Below are positions 49,001 to 60,204 of a stretch of 64,000 nucleotides of DNA, piece after piece. Positions within the stretch are counted from its first letter, which is position 1; each line of letters starts with the position of its first letter. The notes beneath the pieces are model-generated. The model was not told where the DNA came from, did not search any database, and saw only the letters and a list, made by a program, of their open reading frames with translations. The position numbers and the translations under genes are program-made. The stretch covers positions 1,178,001 through 1,242,000 of the forward strand of contig OZ037846.1 of NCBI GenBank assembly GCA_964035575.1. The letters are read 5' to 3'. The stretch comes from Rhynchopus sp. YZ270_cl-10 (taxonomy: Eukaryota).

Positions 49001-51737
49001 CGCAACACGGAGCTGCAATGAGCTTCGAGCCGAAGCGAATATCGTGGCATTACAACATAATGAGGCAACCGAGAAGGTCTCTCTTCAGGTTGAAGCAATG
49101 AAGGGGCAACTTTCTGAAAAGGAAAAAAGCTTGGAGAGGGTTGAGAGGAAGTGCAGTACCGCCGAAAATGAGGTCTCTACGTTGAAAGAGAAATTGAGTG
49201 CGGTAGTAGCTTCTTCCGAGGGCTCAGCTACTGCCATGCTACGCGAACGCAGCGAATGGGTGCAAGAAAAGGAGGATCTCGAGCGGGACCTTGCGGCAGC
49301 GAAGGACGCTGAAGTGCTTTTGAAAACGCAGCTTTCTGCGTTGTCGGCAGACCAGGTCGAGGCGGATGGGAGTCGTGCAAAGCTGGTCGCAGATTTGTCA
49401 CAGCATGCAGAAGAAATGAGTGCCTTACAACGTGAAAACCATGATCTCAACAAAAACGTTGCATCTCTCACAAATGCTGTACATACTGCAGAGGCGAACA
49501 CCAAAGATGCTTTAGAATCTGCGGAAAAATCGGAGAAATTGAGTGAATCTCGGATCTCAACAATCGAAGCTTCTTTTGAATCCGCGACCACCCAGATCAC
49601 AGAGAAGGAGGAGGTTTTGGGGAAACAGAGGCATCAAATTTCGCAGTTGGAATCACATGCTGCAACACTATCAGCTTCTTTGGGGATTGCGAACAAAGAT
49701 ATTGAGGTGCTTAGGGGAAAATATGAGATGGAGAATGAATCACACACTGCAGAGATCACTTCATTAACAACACAACGCACTGCTTTGGAGGCTGCAAACA
49801 CTGCATTGCAACAGGAAGCTATCAAGGCGGAACAACGTCACCTCACTTCCCTCGCTGAGGTGACCCATTCCGCTGATACTGCTGCAGAAAAGGTCGTACG
49901 GCTTGAAGCAGAATGTGCCAGACTAAGCACTTTGCATAGTGCAGCGCTGTCGGACCTTGCTGCGGATATAGCAATGAAGGAGCAAAGCATCTTAGTATTA
50001 ACCACTACCGCCGAAGAGCAGGCAAGCGGGGCGCAAAACCAAATTTTGCAAATTCAAAATGAAGCGGAGAGTCATGCTGCAACGTTACTGCAATCCCGAG
50101 ACTCTGCTTTAGAAGATGTGGCGTCATTGCGGGCAACATTGGGTCAATGTGAAACCCATATTGTTTCATTACAAAGTCGCATCTCCGAAGCAGAAGGAGA
50201 ATCTATGGAAACAAAGACACAGGCAGAATTGACGCAAACTCAATTAACCGGACTCGAGGAGACGAACACTACTTTGACCACAACTCTAGAAGCGTCAAGT
50301 GAAGAGATCAAGCGGCTGCAAGGAGAGCTCCGTCAGAGGGCGGCAAAGGTTTCTTCTCTTGAAGCAGAGCTGTCAGAAAGCGAAGGCAAATTACGAACCG
50401 TCTGCCTCGATATTGACAATCAAAGCCATGAGCAACTTACCCTCTCCAATGCCCTGCAAAGCGCCGAAGCCAGCTCTACCATGGCAGCCCAAACCGTTAC
50501 CTTCACAAAACAGAGAGCAGCCGAAACTTTGCAAGCAAAGAACGAACAACTTCTCCGAAGCCAAGCATTCACCGCACTGCTTTGGCACGGTGTCTCCGAG
50601 GCAGGAAAGCTTGAAGCAGCAACCAGCGTGCGCATTTCATTGGAACAACAAATGGGGGTCTTGGCTCAAGGAATGGCGCGGCTGTTGGGTTTGCGGTACC
50701 TGGCGAAGCTTTCAGTGTGGGGGAAGGTAAAATCCTATTCTAGAGTCGGCAAAAAGTCAAAGGTGGAACTAATCGATGTAAACGAACAGCTGCGTATCAG
50801 AGTTTTGAAGCTTGCCTCAGAGAGAGACGAACTGCGGTCCCTATGCAAACCAGGCAACCGTATTACTGCTATGAGTCCTCAACGCGCTGCGAGGCGCCGT
50901 AAAAACGCAGCCTCCGCATCCCGAAACAATCGGATCCAAAAAATGCCAAAAGGGGTCCGCAAACAGGCCCTCCGTATGACTCAATGCATTCACAATTTGG
51001 AGGCACAGCTTTCCGTTCTTTCTCGAACTCTGTCTCAAGAGCAGGACTTTGCTTCTCAGGTTCAGAAGAGATGTTCGGATTTGTACACTGAAAAGGCGGA
51101 TCGATTAGGGGTCCTGCAAATTGCAGAGTTGAAGGAGTGTTTTAAGCTTGGACCAAATGCGAGTCAAACGCGAGAGAGATTAGAGCAGATGTTGTTGAGG
51201 CGAGAGGAAATGCTGATGTGGTACTGTGAACGGGTAGAGGCGTTGTATACAAAGGGAACGTTGCAGAGTCAGGCAGAGATGCAGGAGAGTGCTGTTGGTG
51301 CGTTGTCGGATCAGCTGCGGTTATTCGGATTTTTGTGGCGCCACCCCCCAAGAAGAAGATGTGAGATGAACGAAGAGCACCTTATGTCATTAGAAGATGA
51401 TCACGAATACCTGGACAGGGATTGGGACAACCATGACGCAAAGGTGTCTGCCTTCAACAGCGAATTACGTACATTGGATGTAACACGAATTCGGTCGAGA
51501 GTGGAAAGGGCGAAAGAGCTGTCAGTACGGTCGAGGCTGATCTTACCAGGAGTGGAGGGTGGTGGTGGTGGTGGTGACGGTGACGGTGACGATACAGACC
51601 TTGTCGCTGCGGCGCTGCTGGAAACGCCAGCGCAGATGCCGCGGAAAGCGTCGATGTTTTCGCGTAGGGGGAGCCGTGCGGCAAGCCCCAAAGGAGGTGC
51701 AAAGCGTGCCCAGTCTTCACGCTGTGCGCAGCAATAA
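46095..51737 (+). CDS. N-terminal-motor kinesin (kinesin-3-like motor) with long coiled-coil tail, 1880 aa
   Basis: P-loop GQTGSGKT, switch motifs SSRSH and DLAGSE, PYRES...LGGNSKT. Long heptad-rich tail. Single uninterrupted ORF. Confidence 0.96.
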   Translation: MEKRDGGSPSSASSSVKVIVRIRPLNDTERKAGPSPFMKRTDVATEILLANPGDDTARGAVYAFDDIVWSCDVENGVSDQAAVYKAAGEALLANALKGFNCCCFAYGQTGSGKTHTMMGDPHHPDTSGLIPRVSTHLFDELSATSSRRYQVSASYMEIYQEQVLDLITTKGFSSPSSVSNLKVRTHPTDGVYVENLSRHKVSSVEELLKLIRVGAESRHTAATKMNAVSSRSHALLTIFVNAVELVDSKDGSEDGVRRFESKVNLVDLAGSERTKKSEVEGGAFTEATKINLSLTTLGRVIDSLAGIAGSTTVPPYRESLLTYVLSDSLGGNSKTAMLATVSPHSSNYEETQSTLRYASRARKIVNHAVINEEGADRNKIKAMKEEIDRLNRDLMKSRSKEHISELIDLRSDRERYAKHIKELTERNHALTAKVTALEIALKQEKDRKEKDNSKQFARSHTDITKSSGGSPKKKKDADPPQLDPLARSVSPSYSREQAADFARPTPLHDVDLTASLDNVIKGVDEGVSPEKKQKNLKSTQQIALLTKEATELKLKLQRSEKRGILSEQKLKRSCEDTEKELKLETEKTKKLLKEVEEKNAKISALEKKALASSSAVIKKPVKKVVKKKIRPSSPTGSNPHSSAASTVSHSGSEEDEDEETTAPPRLSSSTLEKPKLPKAPKSLRSSPVSSPATSGTHAVPKIPRRASTASLKKTSSTASLDKLSMQADKDRKEAEITEANLRATIEEMDAKLTAAFCSHNEEIQQISEEAASKASVTLTEMEASKEEVQTLKKKLITVQEAASSHHISYVKFKKEKETAETELAAAKSTIDIERTKLAELNTKHNKLEEETHALRTQQNIQSVEMGVLKGQILEAEALAADAALKETQHHTQTTLLKEQLDAVEATITSERAASASLRKHSLSSQAASQGDIASLKEELVSLRSEKTAAIEAKESFYTRLMQAEQSKADATRSCNELRAEANIVALQHNEATEKVSLQVEAMKGQLSEKEKSLERVERKCSTAENEVSTLKEKLSAVVASSEGSATAMLRERSEWVQEKEDLERDLAAAKDAEVLLKTQLSALSADQVEADGSRAKLVADLSQHAEEMSALQRENHDLNKNVASLTNAVHTAEANTKDALESAEKSEKLSESRISTIEASFESATTQITEKEEVLGKQRHQISQLESHAATLSASLGIANKDIEVLRGKYEMENESHTAEITSLTTQRTALEAANTALQQEAIKAEQRHLTSLAEVTHSADTAAEKVVRLEAECARLSTLHSAALSDLAADIAMKEQSILVLTTTAEEQASGAQNQILQIQNEAESHAATLLQSRDSALEDVASLRATLGQCETHIVSLQSRISEAEGESMETKTQAELTQTQLTGLEETNTTLTTTLEASSEEIKRLQGELRQRAAKVSSLEAELSESEGKLRTVCLDIDNQSHEQLTLSNALQSAEASSTMAAQTVTFTKQRAAETLQAKNEQLLRSQAFTALLWHGVSEAGKLEAATSVRISLEQQMGVLAQGMARLLGLRYLAKLSVWGKVKSYSRVGKKSKVELIDVNEQLRIRVLKLASERDELRSLCKPGNRITAMSPQRAARRRKNAASASRNNRIQKMPKGVRKQALRMTQCIHNLEAQLSVLSRTLSQEQDFASQVQKRCSDLYTEKADRLGVLQIAELKECFKLGPNASQTRERLEQMLLRREEMLMWYCERVEALYTKGTLQSQAEMQESAVGALSDQLRLFGFLWRHPPRRRCEMNEEHLMSLEDDHEYLDRDWDNHDAKVSAFNSELRTLDVTRIRSRVERAKELSVRSRLILPGVEGGGGGGDGDGDDTDLVAAALLETPAQMPRKASMFSRRGSRAASPKGGAKRAQSSRCAQQ

Positions 51738-52800
51738 GTAACCTTTTTGATGTGTTTGAGAGGTTTCACTTAAAAAGGTTTCTTTTGTAACCGTGTACCA
51801 ATGAAGAGCCGGGGTTTTGATAACCCTGTGGAGAATTAGTGTCATGCGTTCTAACGAAAGGTGAGGCATTTTTTTGTACTTTCAACTTCTTCTGGTGGTT
51901 TTCCCTGGAACATTTCCCTGTACCCGGAGCTGGACAATAATAAAAGCCCCTTTCTTTGTTTTGTTTAGTTGGTACGCTACACCACGCCAAAAGTGTCACT
52001 TGTCGTTCCCTCACCCCCCTTCTTGTAGTTGTTTGATGCGTTGACGCTTCCACACACACTAAAAATCACCTGTTGGGTGGTGGTGTTGCGGAGCACGGTT
52101 GGGTGAGTGAACGACGGTGACACTTTCCGCTCACAAAGTAGTGTGCGTAATAATACTTCTCAGGTATTATTTGCTTCCACTTAGTATTTTGCACCTGGGT
52201 ATTATTTTGTGGGAAATTCGCTTATTTTTTTTTTGAAATGGAAAAACCACTTTTGTTATTCGCTGAATCAAAAGAGCAACTAATAGACTTCCCTAGAGCA
52301 GAAGTTAGCCCCTTTACCGGCTCTCTTTTTGGGATATCGTACGTCATGATGCTGGGATTAAAAATGGAGTGGATGGGGGGGGGGTATGGTATTTTGTGTA
52401 CATTAATCGATGCGGCGTTTAAGGGGAGAGGGGTTTTGGGATTGTGTTGGTTTATTTTTGTGCTTTCATCCATAGCTGGCATCGTAAAGCGAGTCTTCTC
52501 TTCGAGGGCTAACATTCATGGTAGCCAGTTTGATGATGGGAGAGCGGCAAAATTTAACGAAAATACTGGAGAATTGAGAAAGCGTCTGGGAGAGTCTGTC
52601 CCAAAAAAAAAACGTCAATTTTTTTGACGCTCTCCCGTTCAAACTGGCCACAGTGTTCATCTGAATTTTTTTTTTTTTGTATTTCTATTTCTGCAATAAT
52701 AGGGTAAGACGTCTGAGGTGCTTCTCCGAGTAACTTCGGGGGGGCGCACCCGAAGACGTTCAGAATCGAATAATCTGTCGACTGAGAAGCAGATTTAAGA

Positions 52801-52871
52801 CACGGATACTGCCAGATCTGGCTCGTTTTCCAGATTTGAAATCTGGTTGCCCAGATCTGGCAGTATCCTTG
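52801..52871. mobile_element. 71-bp minimal CACGG-terminal MITE, 6-bp TSD TTAAGA
   Basis: TIR CACGGATACTGCCAGATCTGG, related to 35030-38659. TSD at 52795-52800 and 52872-52877. Confidence 0.88.
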
Positions 52872-53147
52872 TTAAGAGTGAATCAGACCAGACATCTTTT
52901 TGTTGTACAGAAGTCTGGTTCTCAAGTGTGCATATCTGACGCTCTCCACCACCCTCCCGCCCCTAAAGACACCCTTCATAAGAATAAAATGTGTACGCAC
53001 TGTTTCACATTTTAGTTTCAAAGCTTTCCCTATTTATCTCGCAAACTATATTTTCGTTTTTTTTAAAGTGCCCTCCGTCCGCCGGGTGTACGGTGAGGCG
53101 TTTTGCACGTTCAACTTCTCTCTCTCTCTTTTTACTCCGGGGTTCGA

Positions 53148-53254
53148 TTTTTGATCCTTCGATGTCGGCTCTTCCTAGCCTAGACAAGCAGAATTGTCTA
53201 AGGGTTGGATTGTTCACCCACTAACAGGGAACGTGAGCTGGGTTTAGACCGTCG
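53148..53254 (+). rRNA. Isolated ~107-nt 28S (LSU) rRNA fragment, peptidyl-transferase region; a non-functional copy
   Basis: Conserved eukaryotic LSU sequence TTTTGATCCTTCGATGTCGGCTCTTCCT...TTGGATTGTTCACCCAC...GGGAACGTGAGCTGGGTTTAGACCGTCG. Flanks are not rDNA. Confidence 0.92.
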
Positions 53255-53941
53255 ATAACCCGCGGAGTGTCAGGGTGCCTGCTGTCCCAGAGGCGTGTGC
53301 GCTATCAACTTCACCTTTTTTTTTTTTTTTTGTTGGTCTCTTCTCTGCTGTGCTTATTGGTACAAGTGTGATCGGACTGCACGTAACATGTGTTTCCTTC
53401 CTCAACCATCACCCATACATCCCCATAGATACACGATAACTGTTTTATTTTAAAATTTATTTTTGGAATTAAAGGTGACTGGGCAAAATGCTTAGATTCA
53501 TCTTACCAACCGCACTTTGTTTTTTCTTTTTTTGTTCTTCTTTTTTTGGGGTTCGCTAACCTGCAGAGAACCAGTGTCGTGTTGCACTTTCAACTTCTCT
53601 TTTCTGGTGGTTTCCCTGTACCCTGATTGAGGGAAAATGTCAGTTTTAGCGTCAGGCAAAAGATGAACAAGGTTTTTATTGTTTTTATTTTATTTTATTT
53701 CGAAACCGAACTAACTTCGTCCACTGAACATTCTTCGTGTGAATATTGCCGCACGGTGGGCCCTGTAAGCCTCCTGTTGCCTGTCGGGGCCCCCCCTGTG
53801 GAATGAATTTTAACTTTCTCTTCCGCTGCCTCGTGATTTATTCAATACTCAATAATGATTTTCCCACCTTCCTTCACCCCCTAGGGTAGGGTTACCCAAG
53901 GTGAGGTCAGGTCCCGTTTTTCTTTTGTCACCTCATGAAGG

Positions 53942-56081
53942 CATGGGGGGTGAAACATCTTTTCAGATGATGTGGAATCTTTTCATCTTTTTCACATCTT
54001 GTCACGTCGTGAAAAAAGGAAAAAAAAAAAAAAAGTGCTCGCACACGCAGGCTTTGCGCTAACTTCTGTCCTTTGTCCCGGGATTTTTGGATATTTTTGT
54101 GGTGCGTTTTTTTTTTGCAAACCGGGGTTTCCTTAAGAAAACCAGAGAATCTCATATTTCATAGTAAGGGTACTTTAGAGTGTTTTCACACACACATGTG
54201 ACCCCACCGTGGAGAGCAATCGTCTCGCGCGATCAAAAGAAAGCAGAGAAGAGGGAAAAGAAAAAAGAAAAAAGTTGGGTACCGTGCGCCTGCGGCGCTA
54301 CCTGTTCCTACCCTCCTTTATGTTTAAACACGATGTACTTATGTACGTGTTCATTTTATTTTGAGTGCGACTCCACATCCCCCCTGAGGATGATCTCCTT
54401 CCTCGCGGATAAAGATTGATTAGGACGCCATGGGACACACCTCCGAGGCCATAACCGTCCTGGGTTTTCTCACTCTTCTCTGTGGTCACTGAAACCCCAC
54501 CGCCATCACTACGTTACCGATAGCTTCTTCAGTACGTTGGGTTTTCAGACCTGAAAATAACCCTTGTTTACGAATATGGGCTCATGTTTTGTCAAATTTT
54601 AAGTCGCTGCATTTTTGTCCATTTTTCCGTACATCCCAATCCGGGATTGGTTCGGAAATGCAACAAAACGACCTCTTGGCGGGAAAAAGCCACAGGAAAT
54701 TTACGCACTTTTTGCAAACAGGGGTTTCCTTACTAAAACCAGAGGAATCTCATCGTTCAGAGTAAGAGTACTTTAGAGTGTTTTTGCACACACATGTGAC
54801 CCCACCGTGGAGAGCAATCGGCTCGTGCAATCAAAAGAAAGCAGAGAAAAGGGAAAAATAAAAAGACAAAAGTTGGGTACCGTGCGCCTGCGGCGCTACC
54901 TGTTCCCAGTCAAAACACCACAATTTCATCTGAATTTGGGTTTTCAGACCTGAAAATGCCCCTCGTTAAGAGTATGGGTTCATATTTTGTGAAAATTTAA
55001 GTCACTAAAATTTTGTCCATTTTTCCGAATATGCCCCACCACAGCCCGGGATTGGCTCGGAAATGCCACAAAACACTGCTTTTTCACCCCCTGACGCACA
55101 ACTATTTGAGGTGCGTTTTTTTGGTCCCGAAACACGATTTTTCAGATTTTTTTCCAAAAGTTAGCGCGAAGCCTGCGCACACGATCTGCAGCAGTTCTAC
55201 TCAATATTTTTTCAGATGAGTCACCACCACGGTTCGCACGGATCGCGATCCGTCAATTGCGGTACTTTTCCGGGAAAAACAAAAAAAAAAAGTGGGGTGC
55301 ACACGGGGGTCGCGCTACGCGCCTACCGACTACCGTAGATTTTTGACGATTTTGCTCGGTACGTTTTTCCTTACTAAAACCAGAGAATCTCATATTTCAT
55401 AGTAAGAGTATTTCGGAGTGTTTTTGCACACACATGTGTGACCCCACCGTGGAGAGCAATCGGCTCGCGCAATCAAAAGAAAGCAGAGAAAAGGGAAAAC
55501 GAAAAAAGACAAAAGTTGGGTACCGTGCGCCTGCGGCGCTACTGTGTTCCCACTCAAAACACCACAATTTCATCTTAAGTTAGGTTTTCAAACCTGAAAA
55601 TGACCCTTGTTTACGAGTATGGGTTCATATTTTGCAAAAATTTAAGTCAATAAAATTTTGTCCATTTTTCCAAAATGACCCCATCACTTTCTGCAATCGC
55701 ACCGAATCGGACGATGCGATCGACAAAAACGCCCAAAAACGCACCCCACACCCCCTTTTTTTTCGTGATCTGGACCCCAAAATTTGTGTTCGTGATCTGG
55801 GAACATGCTTGTTTTTGACCAAAGAAAAAAAATTCTTTGCCCTAAATCGGGCGTGGTAGGTGATCCAATGGCCCAAAAAATCTAAAGAAAATCTCAGATT
55901 GACTTTTTCTGGAAAAAATTTTTCAAGTGAAAATTTCAGCCAAAAATACGGTCATTTTCACCTGATTTTTTTTTTTTTTTTTTTTTTTTTTTACGACGTT
56001 TTTTTTTTTTCACGATCAAGAAACGAAGTTGTGAGAGATTTCTGAAATTTTAGATCGTGATAAGATCTTTTACCCCCCATG
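53942..56081. mobile_element. CATGG-terminal element, 6-bp TSD TGAAGG
   Basis: Imperfect TIR CATGGGGGGT(G/A)AAA(C/G)ATCTT. TSD at 53936-53941 and 56082-56087. Confidence 0.8.
54120..55680. repeat. Three diverged tandem copies of a ~600-bp unit; a related core also lies at ~43130-43400
   Basis: Recurrent CATGTGACCCCACCGTGGAGAGCAATCG...AAGTTGGGTACCGTGCGCCTGCGGCGCTAC at ~54195, ~54793 and ~55435. Confidence 0.9.
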
Positions 56082-57624
56082 TGAAGGAGGAAATAGAAAC
56101 AACGACACTTGAACACACTTTTGCGGTTCTAGGGACGAACCGCGCTGCAGAGCCACCTCCTCACCAAACAGGTCGAGGTGTGTGCGTTTCACCACAACCT
56201 GTCTCCCATGGGTTTTATTGTGTGATGAGTGTTAAGTTTCTATTTTTTTTCGTTCTTTCTTTTCTTTTTCGATAACAATTCTCTGTCTTCCCACAACCTC
56301 TCATTCGCCCCCTATAGGGTAACCGAAGGTGAAGATATAGTCCCGGATTTTAGGGAAATTTTTTTTGCCGAAAATGCCCCACCTATTAGTAACCGGGCTC
56401 ATATTTTCTAAAAATTAAAGGGAAGGGGGTTTCGAATCTCATCTCATCACGTTTGTTTTGCTTTCTTTTGTGTGTGTTTTTTTCCTCTTCTCAAGGCCAG
56501 GGTGTTTTTTTTGTTTTTGTTTTTGTTTTTCTTCTTTTTTGATGACGAATCAGTGTGAAGGCTTAGGTGTCTATCTAACCAGCTTTAACCTTCAAGGTAC
56601 ACTGTTCACGAGAGGGCTTTTCTAGTTCAAGCCAACTTCTTCTTCTCTTTCTTCTTCTTTTTCAAGGTGACTAAGCACAGCCACTGTGTTCAAAACATTA
56701 AGTAATCTAATCAGACTAAGTACAGAGAGGCTTAGGTTCATCTTACAAAAACCCCCCCCCCACCCCCCCTTTTTTTTGCCACAGATTTTGTTGCTGTTGT
56801 AAGCCTCAGTTTCTATACATCTTCTGGTGTAAGGTGTTGGTCAGGTTGTTGCGCACGAGAGGCTTAGGGTCATCTTATATACTTTTCTCTTTTCAAAGCA
56901 AGGTGTCTGCAACGAAGGAAACCGCATACACTGTGCAGTTTTTTTTTCGTTGTACACAAAACCTGTCTTCTTCTGGGGTTTCAAAACAAAAAAAAAAAAA
57001 AAAAAACTACTTTTTAAATAGTGGGAGGTATCCAGGGAGCACTTTTTTCACACCGTCAAAAATATGAGAAAAAAAAGTGAGAATAGAAGTGAACAAATCT
57101 GAACACTGACCCCTGCTGCCCATACACAGCGCCTCACTTTTTCTGCAAATCCATAAAACCCCATTTTTCAAAAAAAAAAAATCTCTCCCCCCCCCAAAAA
57201 AAAAGAGCTGATATATTTTCCTCCTCACCCACCCACCCTCCATCTCCACGCGGTGCCTATGTGACCCCCTTGAGTAGCATGCTGAACAACATATGAACTG
57301 GTGCTATTTTTGTGCTATTTTCTGCTATTTTCTGCTATTTTCTGCTATTTTGGGGTCGTCGGCCACACCATCATGTCATACCTTTTTTTTTTTTGCATTT
57401 CTTCCCAGGGCGTTCGCTATCGCCCTCGGTTTTTCAGGATCGTGGCGAAATGCCAAAATCCCTGAAATTATGTTTTTTTACTAGTGCTTAAAATAGGTCA
57501 AAAAAAAATTTTTCCCGCCGGAGAAGCTAGTTCGTGGGGGTGAATCCCTGATACTGATAGATGATAAAAAAAATGCGATTCGCGCGTGATCCCCCCACCC
57601 TTGCCCCCCCAAAACAAAGTGCTA

Positions 57625-60204
57625 TCACAGCTGAACTTTTCTGTTACGAACAGCAGTAAAACGCCGGAGAATTTCTTCAATCTCCCCGTCACTGAGGGTG
57701 TCTCTGTGCTGTTTTATCAAACAGATGTACAAAAGAGAGTCATCCGTCATGTGAGACTTCAATCTTGTTTTGATTATTTTCAATAAACTAAAACGCCTCT
57801 CTGCCTCCACCGAGGTTGAAGGTAGCGTTGACACGAGCAGTGATACCTTCCGTAACAGGGGGAACGGGGCACCTTCAGCAGACTGCAGGAACTTGAGGAG
57901 GGAGCGGGAGTGCTGGGGTAACTTCCTCTCACGTAGTACGATCCGCAGACACCGCCATTCCAAAGCCAGGGCACCTTGTCCTCCGTCCAACACTGCGCGC
58001 CCAGTCCTCGCCCTCTCGGTGTATTCGGTTGAAGAGTACTGCGGATAGGAGGTGTTATCAATCTTGTTGAACTGTTTGAAGTGGATATGAGTGCCCGAGC
58101 AGTAGCGCTTCTCTATCGCGCTGATCTGCTCTTCACCGTACGCCTGGTCCGCCGTCCAGTTCCGCACGTCGAAGACGGCGAACTGCGCGATCTCCTTGTT
58201 GTTGGAGAATCGCTGTTCCAGCGTCTTGATGACGGCGCCACAGTAAGGCGCCCCCACAGTTTCGTGGAACAAGGCAAGCGTGTTTGTTTTGTTCACTTGC
58301 TGGTGCGGAAACACGTCCTGGTACCGACCAGGGAACGTGTGGTACGCGCCGTAGGCGCTTGCCGTGTCCTGCAGCATGCGGAACTTGGCAATCGTGCTCT
58401 GGATGTAAGCACAGGTCTCAAGGATGTTTAAGTCCTTGGCCTGTAAATCCATCGACAGCCCGTTGAGCAAGCCCAACATGGTGTCGAGCATCGCCACCAT
58501 CCCGAAGAAGCTCCGGTCACTCAGTTGCTTCAAAAGTGACTGCTCTGTCGGTCCCAAGTGCTCCACTTTTTTGAGGTACGCAATCAGCACAGGGAGTTGG
58601 GAGTTGAGTGTGTGGACAGCGTTCCCCTGAGTCAACCAGCGGGTCTCGGTGGGGGCAGCCAGCTCGTCTTGGTTGATCACATCACTCAATTCCCTCAGCA
58701 TCTCACGGAACCCTTCATGGTGTTTGTTGTGCGTGTACAAAAATACCCAGACAGAACGCAATAAGTTGAGAAAACGGTCGACACTTGGCACCTCCTTTGC
58801 AGCGTCACCGCATGCAAGGTTCAAGAGGTGGCAATGGCACCACATCTCTATCGCCGACGGACCCCACCAGTACCGGAGCTGCTTTGCCAGACCTGCATGT
58901 TTGCCGAGCATGTTGGCTGCTCCATCCAACGCAACCCCGTCGAACCAGACGTTGGGGTTATCTGACACCTCAGCGGCGTCGTGAAACCGCAAACCCAACT
59001 TGTCAACGATCTTGCGGATGTGGGTGGAATATCCCTGTGCCGATCTGTCCCGGATCTCGCTCATGTCCACGAGTCGCTCCTGTGGTTCACTATCATGTAC
59101 AAAGCGGAGAACGATGACACACTGTTCCTTCCGGGCCACATCCTTCGTCGAGTCCGCGATCAGGCCAACCCTTCCACTTGTCACTGCATCGGCGGCAATG
59201 CCCGACAACAACGTCTCCCCGATTGCCTTCATCCACTCAGTGATGGATTGGGCAGAGAAGTAGTGCACATCACCCGCCAGCCACTCACGCATCCTCTTAC
59301 ACTGCAGCTCATCGACAAAAAAGGAGAGGTGTTTCAGCAGCTTGCTGACCGGAATGCCTATCTTGACGCAGTGAAATATGGTCTTCACCAGGGTGGTCAT
59401 GTTCTCACGGGACTGACGAGCGGTCTCTTCTGCGTTCTTTGCCATAAGAGTGGCGAGGCTGCCGCTGCTGAGGTGTCCTTCTTCTTGGGCGTGTCTCCCG
59501 AAGTCGCGCTTGAACTGCGTCGCGTTCGTGAACACGTATGCGCAGTTAGCGCAGAACACGCGACCGTCGGCCCACTTCAGCCAAGGCCACGTGGACTTGT
59601 GGCGCTCAAGCGTGGCCACGTTAACACCCATTACCTTGAGCTTGGGACTGGCGTCTTCTCCTCCTTCCTCCTCGTCTGACACAATGTCGATCACGACGGG
59701 GATGCGTGCTTCGGGCTCCGTCCCTCCGAAGTCATCCCCATCGTCCCACACGATGTCCGTGAGGGGAGGTGCCTCCACGCGGGCACGCTTCGTACCCTGT
59801 GACCGGGCCCTGCTGCTGCTCCTCTTCCCGGTTGTCGGTGTCACGGCTGCTGCTGCTGCTGCCGGGGCTGTTGGTTGAGGGACTGGAGTGAGTGCTGGTG
59901 GTGGAACTGCTGCTGGTTGAACTGCTGCTGCTGCCGGGGCTGTTGGTTGAGGGACTGGAGTGAGTGCTGCTGGTTGAACTGCTGCTGGTGCAGGGGCTGC
60001 TGGCTGCTGGTTGTTGTCGAAGTCGGTTGCGATGCGGCGGAGAGCGGAGAGCGTCAGGTAGTCCGGGCCTGAGGGGGGACCGAAGTCCAGGCCGCGCAGC
60101 ACAAACTGTGCTTCTGCCTCCTTCCTCTTCCACCCCGCATAGTTGCGGTTAATGGTGGGTGCCCTCACCGCCCTTCCCCACAGGGTCTGCTGCTTTGGCC
60201 CCAT
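57625..60204 (-). CDS. hAT transposase, 859 aa (DUF4371/ZMYM1-like type)
   Basis: Zn finger CANC...H...H; motifs GLIADSTKD, ALDGAANM, WCHCHLLNL, TRW; dimerisation domain STSVEAERRFS. Confidence 0.94.
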   Translation of the reverse strand: MGPKQQTLWGRAVRAPTINRNYAGWKRKEAEAQFVLRGLDFGPPSGPDYLTLSALRRIATDFDNNQQPAAPAPAAVQPAALTPVPQPTAPAAAAVQPAAVPPPALTPVPQPTAPAAAAAAVTPTTGKRSSSRARSQGTKRARVEAPPLTDIVWDDGDDFGGTEPEARIPVVIDIVSDEEEGGEDASPKLKVMGVNVATLERHKSTWPWLKWADGRVFCANCAYVFTNATQFKRDFGRHAQEEGHLSSGSLATLMAKNAEETARQSRENMTTLVKTIFHCVKIGIPVSKLLKHLSFFVDELQCKRMREWLAGDVHYFSAQSITEWMKAIGETLLSGIAADAVTSGRVGLIADSTKDVARKEQCVIVLRFVHDSEPQERLVDMSEIRDRSAQGYSTHIRKIVDKLGLRFHDAAEVSDNPNVWFDGVALDGAANMLGKHAGLAKQLRYWWGPSAIEMWCHCHLLNLACGDAAKEVPSVDRFLNLLRSVWVFLYTHNKHHEGFREMLRELSDVINQDELAAPTETRWLTQGNAVHTLNSQLPVLIAYLKKVEHLGPTEQSLLKQLSDRSFFGMVAMLDTMLGLLNGLSMDLQAKDLNILETCAYIQSTIAKFRMLQDTASAYGAYHTFPGRYQDVFPHQQVNKTNTLALFHETVGAPYCGAVIKTLEQRFSNNKEIAQFAVFDVRNWTADQAYGEEQISAIEKRYCSGTHIHFKQFNKIDNTSYPQYSSTEYTERARTGRAVLDGGQGALALEWRCLRIVLRERKLPQHSRSLLKFLQSAEGAPFPLLRKVSLLVSTLPSTSVEAERRFSLLKIIKTRLKSHMTDDSLLYICLIKQHRDTLSDGEIEEILRRFTAVRNRKVQL

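Noticed and set aside
53148..53254. A functional rRNA gene or a natural LSU fragment gene
   Set aside because: Begins and ends within conserved core sequence, has no rDNA context, and interrupts a local repeat.
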